Of a DNA stretch of 64,000 bases, positions 57,174 to 64,000 are shown piece by piece (position 1 is the first letter of the stretch; each line of letters begins with the position of its first letter). Under the pieces are notes generated by a model. That model worked only from the letters and a program-made list of their open reading frames with translations, searched no databases and was not told where the DNA came from. Source of the DNA: a virus; IMG/VR virus record IMGVR_UViG_3300020391_000290, positions 69,897 through 133,896 of that record. One strand, written 5' to 3'. The position numbers and the translations under genes are program-made.

Positions 57174-59834
57174 TTACTCGAATGAAAATAAATCATCAAA
57201 TGTATTTGCTGTCTGTGTCGCTCCTTTCAGATCCCAATTTAGAACACTTAGTAAATTATCTATTTTTTGATCAACAATAGTTGCTTCCATTAATGTATCA
57301 TCAAATGGCATTTCTTTAAACCATTGTGGCAGTTGTGTCTCATCTGTAGGATAACCTATACTAGTAAATCCTAATGGATTACTTTTTAGTTTACAAACAA
57401 TAGTTTTAGCACCATCCATTATTTCTGCACTGTATTTGTCACCGTTCATCTTACGTAGGTTGTTCCAATTCATAGCCGCTCTAACATGACCTGGCATATT
57501 TGCTTTGCCTAAACGTTTTTCTTCTGCACTATATTTTGTAAGATTGTTTACACGTTTAGGTGTGCCTTTTTCCCAACCTGGACGTTCATGAAAACTAATT
57601 TTAAAATCCTTTATTTTTTCTATAATATCTTCTCTGCCACTGCCGGTTAATACATCATGTAGTAAGTCACTCATAAAATCTTGCATTACCTTAGGCGTGT
57701 CACTACGTTTTAAGTCTAAGCCCATTGCTTTTACTTTGCCTGGCTTTCCATCTGTATCTAATCTAAATCCTTCCTGATCATATATTAATGCCGCATAACG
57801 TTTCTTTGTTATGTATAAACCTTTTGTAGCAACTATTTCTCTACCGCCTTTTATTATCATACCATTTTCACGAGGACAATGAAATGCACGTTCCATAAAC
57901 ACAGGAAATTCTACATTGACTTCATCTGCTATGTTATCATATAAAGCAGTAACAATCTCTTTAGTCCATTCAGTCCTGCCTGCTTCTACTTCAGATTGCA
58001 TCATGGGCCATGCACTAAAGTACACAGAGTCTGTATCACCATATACTATGGCATCGCCTACATGGTCTTCTTTGCCTGTAAGTAAACTGTTTACAGTTTC
58101 AGCCATGCGTTTACTAATGCATCTACCTGTTAGTGTTGTACTTTGACCTATACGATGATCAAAAAATCTACAACCGGGATTAAGTATAGCACCATACAAA
58201 CTATTCAAGTTAATCTTTTTGACTAACTGTCTTTTATCCCAATATTCTACATCACCCTCTTCATCTTTTGCACGTTTAAGTTCTTTTTGCATTTGTTTAC
58301 GTTCATCATACCAACGTTCTAGTAGTCCAGGAATGATACCTTTACGTGCATATGTAAATATAGTTCCATTTGCACTCAGTGTCCATGGCTGGTTACTATC
58401 AAATATTAATCTCCAAACATCATATGCACTACATATATCTTCCTCACCATTTTCCCAATCGATAGTAATCTCAGTACCACGTTCCATATTCATTACTGCT
58501 TGATACTCTTTACTACCGAATTCACCTTCCCACGCATCTGCAAACGACTTTTTGTTAGCCATTAGTGTTCTTACTGCATTGTTAGTCATTGTTTGTCTCA
58601 GTTGACCAACTACTGTTTCAGGACCCATATTCAATGCACGAATGACACTAGGATACAAACTGTTTATATCTATAGCACCTATCCAGTCATGTAAACCTTT
58701 TTTAGGATATGCAACGTAAGCACCAGCCGCCGTAGTTTGCTCACCATCTCTATTTTTACGATTGGGCACTACCATACCACGTGCATGTGCATCATTAATA
58801 ATGGCTTGTTCTGTAACTGCTACTGCACCCATAGTTGTCATTAGCAACACAGTATTCTCATGTGCTAATACGTTGCTAAGATCTATAAAACGTAACTTCT
58901 TATCTAGCTTGTTAAGCAGTAGTGTATCTTGTCGATTATAATCAATAAACTTTTCAAAGTCTTGATTGTATAATTGATCTAATGTACCTTCATATTGTAC
59001 TTTACGTTCATCTAATTCATATTCACCAATTGAATCAAGTGTGTAACTATGTCTTTCCTCATATGTATACTTACGATATAATTGCATGTAATCTAAGTGT
59101 ACTCTGCCAACCAAATCAAATGTAATACTTTCTTTACCGAAACGTTCAAATGTACGTTTTTTAGGAAGTTGTTTAAATAAGCAGAACTTCCTTGTATCAT
59201 CTTTGCTTAGTACTCTTGTTATACGATTTATTGTATAAGGAATATCATATCCTTCGCTATTCCATCCACTTAATATATCTGCATCTTCAATTAAGTCTAA
59301 GAATACTTTTAGCATTTCCGCTTCACTGGTAAACAAATACGTATTATCAAAACGTTTACATAAGTCTTTTGCAGTTTCCATAGTCATTGCACTAGGAGGA
59401 ATAGCAAGTGTAACTAATTGTTCACTCCAATCTAAATATATACTGATTGCAGTTATTGCATTGAAAGGATCATCAGGATTGCTATATCCTTTTTCTTTAT
59501 GAAAGTCAACCTCAATATCAAAAAATGCAGTTTGTAGGTTAGGAGGTTCCGCATTCAAATAGTGTTCTTCTAAACAACGGAATACAGGATTAATATCACT
59601 TTCATATAATCCTTTGTTTCCTTGTATTTTTACTTCTTTTTGAAACTCTTTTCGATTGCGTGTTGAGAATCTACTTACAGGTGTATCATATATTGTTTTA
59701 TGTTTACCACGCGGGTCATCATAGTAAAATACATAGTTTGCAGGATATTCACGATATTCTCTTTTACCGTTTATTCTTTCTACAACATGTATTCTATCAC
59801 GTTCTCTATCTATATATGCGTCTACGTAACTCAA
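57174..59834 (-). CDS. family B DNA polymerase (gp43-like)
   Basis: FDIEV, GWNSEGYD, YNRQD, DINSLYPS, KINLNSLYG, YGDTDS, KKRY; TTG start at 59834 with AGGAG SD. Confidence 0.95.
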   Translation of the reverse strand: MSYVDAYIDRERDRIHVVERINGKREYREYPANYVFYYDDPRGKHKTIYDTPVSRFSTRNRKEFQKEVKIQGNKGLYESDINPVFRCLEEHYLNAEPPNLQTAFFDIEVDFHKEKGYSNPDDPFNAITAISIYLDWSEQLVTLAIPPSAMTMETAKDLCKRFDNTYLFTSEAEMLKVFLDLIEDADILSGWNSEGYDIPYTINRITRVLSKDDTRKFCLFKQLPKKRTFERFGKESITFDLVGRVHLDYMQLYRKYTYEERHSYTLDSIGEYELDERKVQYEGTLDQLYNQDFEKFIDYNRQDTLLLNKLDKKLRFIDLSNVLAHENTVLLMTTMGAVAVTEQAIINDAHARGMVVPNRKNRDGEQTTAAGAYVAYPKKGLHDWIGAIDINSLYPSVIRALNMGPETVVGQLRQTMTNNAVRTLMANKKSFADAWEGEFGSKEYQAVMNMERGTEITIDWENGEEDICSAYDVWRLIFDSNQPWTLSANGTIFTYARKGIIPGLLERWYDERKQMQKELKRAKDEEGDVEYWDKRQLVKKINLNSLYGAILNPGCRFFDHRIGQSTTLTGRCISKRMAETVNSLLTGKEDHVGDAIVYGDTDSVYFSAWPMMQSEVEAGRTEWTKEIVTALYDNIADEVNVEFPVFMERAFHCPRENGMIIKGGREIVATKGLYITKKRYAALIYDQEGFRLDTDGKPGKVKAMGLDLKRSDTPKVMQDFMSDLLHDVLTGSGREDIIEKIKDFKISFHERPGWEKGTPKRVNNLTKYSAEEKRLGKANMPGHVRAAMNWNNLRKMNGDKYSAEIMDGAKTIVCKLKSNPLGFTSIGYPTDETQLPQWFKEMPFDDTLMEATIVDQKIDNLLSVLNWDLKGATQTANTFDDLFSFE

Positions 59835-60118
59835 ACAAGTGCTCCTATAAGTTGTACTAATGCAATAATATTCATAATTGTAAACCAACTACATAAAACA
59901 ATTACAAATGCTGCCTTTCTTATTATAGCACTAATTACACCTAACATGCTACCTATAAGATACAAAGGTATAAAATGCCAACCGTTGGGGTCTAGTATTG
60001 TAAAACTTAGTATAGCACTGGCACTAATTAAAAATAGTGCCTCGATCATTTCACAATAAAATGCTAAAGGACTTAGTTTATAACTATTCCTAAAAAAGTC
60101 TACAATATTTGTTATCAT
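59831..60118 (-). CDS. small membrane protein
   Basis: Three hydrophobic segments. Confidence 0.65.
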   Translation of the reverse strand: MITNIVDFFRNSYKLSPLAFYCEMIEALFLISASAILSFTILDPNGWHFIPLYLIGSMLGVISAIIRKAAFVIVLCSWFTIMNIIALVQLIGALV

Positions 60119-60376
60119 TTATATTTTGCCTACTGTAGACAAAATGTTTTCAAGTTCACTATATTCATCACTATGTTTATCAAAATCTGCTTTATATGCA
60201 GTCCTCATAGCCTTTTTAAGTACACTAGGCTTAATTTGCATTTCTTCTGCTATTGCTTTTACTGTATCAGTAAGACCATCATTAAGATCATCTACTTCTT
60301 GCATTACAGTAATGCCTTCGTTCACTAACTGTGTTAGTTTTGCTTTTTCTTCACTAGAAAATACTCTATCACTCAT
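60119..60376 (-). CDS. T4 DsbA-like dsDNA-binding protein
   Basis: 85-aa helical protein, DTVKAIAEEMQIKPSVLKKAMRTAYK pattern; AAGGAG SD. Confidence 0.55.
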   Translation of the reverse strand: MSDRVFSSEEKAKLTQLVNEGITVMQEVDDLNDGLTDTVKAIAEEMQIKPSVLKKAMRTAYKADFDKHSDEYSELENILSTVGKI

Positions 60377-60403
60377 GTGATTACTCCTTGATTATATTTG
60401 TTA

Positions 60404-60432
60404 ATTATATACATCTTATGCTCTAATGTCAA
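60404..60432 (-). promoter_or_regulatory. sigma70-type promoter for dsbA-polymerase unit
   Basis: TTGACA-17-TATAAT. Confidence 0.8.
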
Positions 60433-61270
60433 TAGGTAGTTTACTTTTTACAGTAATATTATTTTTATGATCTACAAATTGTTTTTTATCTTTTGAGGTT
60501 GGACAAATTTTACAAATTTTATGTGGCTTTCCAAAGTTTTTTGCAAACAATTCCATATTATCTTCAGGACTATGTCCGTAACCTAATGCTTGTTTCCATA
60601 AATCATAATTGGGCCTGGAAAATCTATCTAGTAATTCTGGCAAGTAAGCAAGATGGCCACATTTGTATATTTTTCCTTTATATAATAAAGGACATCTTTG
60701 TTGGCAACATGCATCGAATGCCTCAATAGGATTACTATCAAATGGAGCCATGTTTTTGTAATCATTTTTGAATACCCTTACAAATGTATCTGGTTTATTT
60801 ATTTGTAATCTAAAATTTGTACTACGTTCTACATATCTATCAATACCAAATTCATTTACAGTCTCCCAATTGTAATTATTAAGTATTCTATCAATTGCTT
60901 CATCTAGTGCAGGTGTACTTAAATGATATGTAATTTTAAAAACACTATTTCCTATATCTCTTAACAAGTGAAATACGTCCCAATGTTTTTGTATAAGTGT
61001 CCCGTTTGTTACAAAACGTTGTTGTGAATGAGGTAACATCTTATGCACACCTGTAATCCATTCTTTTATAGTAGGATTCAACAAAGGCTCTCCGCCCATG
61101 TAACCTATTGCAGGTAAATTTACTTTGTCTATCCATGGCTCCAGCCAACTACGACCTTCTTCCCAAGTAAAATATCCACTCCACTTTAAGTCACTAAATG
61201 TGCTACAACCTTTACATGATAAATTACATGCTTGATTTACTTGTAATTCTAAAAATGGTATTGTTGGCAT
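60416..61270 (-). CDS. radical SAM protein
   Basis: CNLSCKGC, MGGEPLL, VTNG; C-terminal GKIYKC, CKIC. Confidence 0.85.
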   Translation of the reverse strand: MPTIPFLELQVNQACNLSCKGCSTFSDLKWSGYFTWEEGRSWLEPWIDKVNLPAIGYMGGEPLLNPTIKEWITGVHKMLPHSQQRFVTNGTLIQKHWDVFHLLRDIGNSVFKITYHLSTPALDEAIDRILNNYNWETVNEFGIDRYVERSTNFRLQINKPDTFVRVFKNDYKNMAPFDSNPIEAFDACCQQRCPLLYKGKIYKCGHLAYLPELLDRFSRPNYDLWKQALGYGHSPEDNMELFAKNFGKPHKICKICPTSKDKKQFVDHKNNITVKSKLPIDIRA

Positions 61271-62313
61271 GTGCCTCGCCTACTTAGATCATTTGTAACA
61301 CAGTGTATGCCGGCATCCCAAAAATATTTGTGTCGAAAAGGCGAAATATGTGCATCTATGCCATAACGTTTAAGTGCATCAACTGCTTGTTTATTATATT
61401 CAGCAAGAACTACATTTGTGGGATTTACAATTAAAATGTTTACACCAAATACTGTTTGGCTTACTTCACCTATCCAATCATTCATATAACTATCAACAGT
61501 TTCTGTAATAAGAGGATTTTCATCAAAGCCAGGAATATACCATTTGCCTGCATTTAGCTTCATACTTGCTTGAAACATTTTATGTGCGGCATAATGACTT
61601 TCTGGTAAATGGACTACTTCCCAATTAGGGAAACTTAATTTGTAGTCTTCATCTGCTATACTGATGATAAGACCATTAGTAACCGGACAATATACTGCAT
61701 CGCCATGTCCTTGTGCATCTACAATATGGTTATTTGTGTTAGGAAATAAGTAATTTACTTCTTGTCTTATTTTGTTCCAATCATCATGCACAGTCTGTGT
61801 AGCAAAAAATAAATCGTTTCCTAATCTACTTACAAAACAACCACTTATATAAGTGCATTTGGTTTCCTTAACTTTACAATTTTGTAATATCTTATTATAA
61901 AACTTTAACTTTCTGTTATGCTTTGCTTGATCATGTGCTTTGAACTCTTCCCAAGTCTTTACTTTTTGTTTTTTAAAAGCATGATAAGCATGATTTTCAT
62001 TTGGTATTACTGGTACCCAACATGTTTCATGTATTGTAATAAAATAATCTCTTGGAGTTACTGGAGGAGGTACCCATACGTTATCGACCATACAATCTTC
62101 AAAAGTATTAGGAATATTGGGACGTTGTATATCTACATTAAAACTTTCTAATAATTTAATAAGTTTTGTGAAATCTTCTTCTGTTTCTATAGCAACTTGT
62201 TCAAATTTTTTACGTGTTTCGTTATCTTTAATCCAAGTGTAAAATTCTGGCGGGTATGCTTTGCCAACTACACAAACTTCAAGTGGGTCCCAATGCTGAT
62301 ATACAGAATACAT
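61249..62313 (-). CDS. amidinotransferase family protein (second copy)
   Basis: HWDPLEVCVVG, TPRD, GHGDA, DAGIHCVTNDL. Confidence 0.8.
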   Translation of the reverse strand: MYSVYQHWDPLEVCVVGKAYPPEFYTWIKDNETRKKFEQVAIETEEDFTKLIKLLESFNVDIQRPNIPNTFEDCMVDNVWVPPPVTPRDYFITIHETCWVPVIPNENHAYHAFKKQKVKTWEEFKAHDQAKHNRKLKFYNKILQNCKVKETKCTYISGCFVSRLGNDLFFATQTVHDDWNKIRQEVNYLFPNTNNHIVDAQGHGDAVYCPVTNGLIISIADEDYKLSFPNWEVVHLPESHYAAHKMFQASMKLNAGKWYIPGFDENPLITETVDSYMNDWIGEVSQTVFGVNILIVNPTNVVLAEYNKQAVDALKRYGIDAHISPFRHKYFWDAGIHCVTNDLSRRGTCQQYHF

Positions 62314-62315
62314 TT

Positions 62316-63770
62316 TTAGCCAACACTACCTTCAAGAGTAACTTCTAAAAGTTTATTTGCTTCTACTGCAAACTCCATTGGCAATTTATTTACAACTTCT
62401 TTTACAAATCCATTTACTATAAGATTCATTGCTTGTTCTTCGTCCATACCTCTTGTTTTACAATAGAACAGTTGATCTTCGCTTATTTTACTTGTTGTTG
62501 CTTCGTGTTCTAACACTGGCTTTTTGCCTTTACATTCTATGTATGGAATAGTAATAGCCGCACATTTGTCGCCTATTAACATACTATCACATTGTGTAAA
62601 GTTTTTACTTTTACTATCACCAGCACGTTTATTCATTCGCACTAAACCTCTATAGGTTTGCTTACCTTGCATCGCACTTATACCTTTGGATATAATAGTA
62701 CTTGAAGTATTTTTTCCTAAGTGTATCATTTTAGTGCCAGTATCCGCTTGTTGTTTTCCAGTGCTTACTGCGACACTGTAAAATTCACCTTTACTGTAAT
62801 CTCCTTGTAAAATACAACTTGGATATTTCCAAGTAAGTGCAGACCCTGTTTCTAGTTGTGTCCAACTTACTCTACTATGTTCGCCTTTACATATGGCTCT
62901 TTTAGTAACAAAATTATATATACCACCTTTGCCGGTTTCTTTGTCTCCGGGATACCAATTTTGTATAGTGCTATACTTTACCTCCGCTCTATCCATTGCA
63001 ACAATTTCTACACAGGCAGCATGTAATTGGTTATCATCTCTTGCTGGTGCTGTACAACCTTCTAAGTAACTTACATAACTATCATCTTCACATATTATAA
63101 GGGTGCGTTCAAATTGTCCTGTATTCATTTCGTTTATTCTAAAATATGTACTAAGTTCCATCGGACAACGTACACCTTTAGGTATATAACAAAATGATCC
63201 ATCTGTAAATACTGCACTGTTTAAACAAGCGAAGTAATTATCTCCTGGAGGTATGACTGTGCCTAAATATTTTTTAACAAGTTCAGGATGTTCTTGTACT
63301 GCATCACCAAAACTTCCAAAAATAATTCCGTGTTTTGCTAGTTCTTCTTTATAAGTTGTGGATACACTAACACTATCAAATACTGCATCTACTGCGACAC
63401 CTGCTAGTGCGGCTTGTTCCTTAGTAGGAATTCCTAGTTTTTCAAACGTTGCAATTACTTCAGGGTCGACTTCATCCATGCTATTCAATTTAGGTTTTGG
63501 CACACTGTAGTAACTTACTGCTTGATAGTCAATAGGTTCGATATCTAACATGTGCCAATCTGGCTGAGTCATTGTTAGCCATTTTTTGTAAGCCTTTAAT
63601 CTAAAATCTAACAACCATTGTGGTTCATTTTTAAATTGTGATATCTTTTCTATTACACTTTCATCTAACCCAGGCGGAAGTGTATATGCTTCTACGTTTG
63701 TGGTAAAACCATATTCATATTCTTTGTTTACTTGTGTTTCAATCGGATCTGTTGTATCTATATATGTCAT
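62316..63770 (-). CDS. sufB: Fe-S cluster assembly scaffold SufB
   Basis: [63 protein letters not shown]. Confidence 0.97.
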   Translation of the reverse strand: MTYIDTTDPIETQVNKEYEYGFTTNVEAYTLPPGLDESVIEKISQFKNEPQWLLDFRLKAYKKWLTMTQPDWHMLDIEPIDYQAVSYYSVPKPKLNSMDEVDPEVIATFEKLGIPTKEQAALAGVAVDAVFDSVSVSTTYKEELAKHGIIFGSFGDAVQEHPELVKKYLGTVIPPGDNYFACLNSAVFTDGSFCYIPKGVRCPMELSTYFRINEMNTGQFERTLIICEDDSYVSYLEGCTAPARDDNQLHAACVEIVAMDRAEVKYSTIQNWYPGDKETGKGGIYNFVTKRAICKGEHSRVSWTQLETGSALTWKYPSCILQGDYSKGEFYSVAVSTGKQQADTGTKMIHLGKNTSSTIISKGISAMQGKQTYRGLVRMNKRAGDSKSKNFTQCDSMLIGDKCAAITIPYIECKGKKPVLEHEATTSKISEDQLFYCKTRGMDEEQAMNLIVNGFVKEVVNKLPMEFAVEANKLLEVTLEGSVG

Positions 63771-64000
63771 GCGGCACCATTTTTTAAATTATTAAGAAAT
63801 TTTCTAAAACCATCTTTTCCCATCCAAAACTTTACTAGATTATCTACACCATCGGAAGTAAGTGTTGCACCGGCTAATGCATCAATATGATGTTCTTTAT
63901 ATTTTTCAGTTTTAGCTACAGTAATCATCAATTCGCCGTTTTCATTATTTAACTTTTTACCTTTCCACTGAGCTTTCCATTTAGGATTATCAACTTCAGC
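63767..64000 (-). CDS. nqrC: Na+-translocating NADH:quinone reductase subunit C, C-terminal part (partial; not in ORF track)
   Basis: [16 protein letters not shown]...[27 protein letters not shown]; ATGA overlap with sufB. Confidence 0.8.
   Translation of the reverse strand, partial: AEVDNPKWKAQWKGKKLNNENGELMITVAKTEKYKEHHIDALAGATLTSDGVDNLVKFWMGKDGFRKFLNNLKNGAA

Noticed and set aside
59835-59888. Track start of DNA polymerase
   Set aside because: Overlaps the membrane-protein gene; TTG at 59834 has a proper SD
1-64000. Stop-codon reassignment, introns or inteins
   Set aside because: TAA, TAG and TGA all end genes cleanly; polymerase, ThyX and SufB are normal length and uninterrupted
1-64000. 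Bacterial chromosome origin (sufB, purN, apt, nqrC)
   Set aside because: Host-like genes are isolated from their usual operons amid a T4-like polymerase, RNase H, a late promoter and many small phage-type ORFs

Overview
AT-rich, gene-dense segment of a large T4-like (probably marine jumbo) phage genome in the standard genetic code; I saw no rRNA, tRNA or CRISPR. Positions 1-19.6 kb (+ strand) hold the end of a probable virion gene, then a modification operon: glycosyltransferase-like proteins, 2OG oxygenases, five radical SAM enzymes with N-terminal twitch-like domains, a B12 radical SAM, APS kinase, a nucleotidyltransferase, a PurN-like formyltransferase, a carbamoyltransferase and SufT. Positions 19.6-64 kb (- strand) hold sugar-tailoring genes, thyX, a MoxR/VWA pair interrupted by a DGQH+HNH pair, RNase H, family B DNA polymerase, a probable clamp, sufB and a partial nqrC. 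The same strand carries a dispersed 7-deazaguanine DNA-modification set (folE, queD, queE, DpdL-like, DpdA/TGT-like; no queC/queF in the window), interleaved with a glycosyltransferase, NDP-sugar dehydrogenase, aminotransferase, amidinotransferase, oxidoreductases and two PRTases. Best candidates for new biology: (1) a sugar/amidino-hypermodified deazaguanine pathway; (2) a preQ1-I-like riboswitch candidate in the queD leader; (3) an aminocyclitol-like enzyme set; (4) a hidden ArfA-like ORF; (5) a lipoprotein subtilase autotransporter; (6) phage-borne NqrC. All calls rest on motif recognition by eye; no searches were run.
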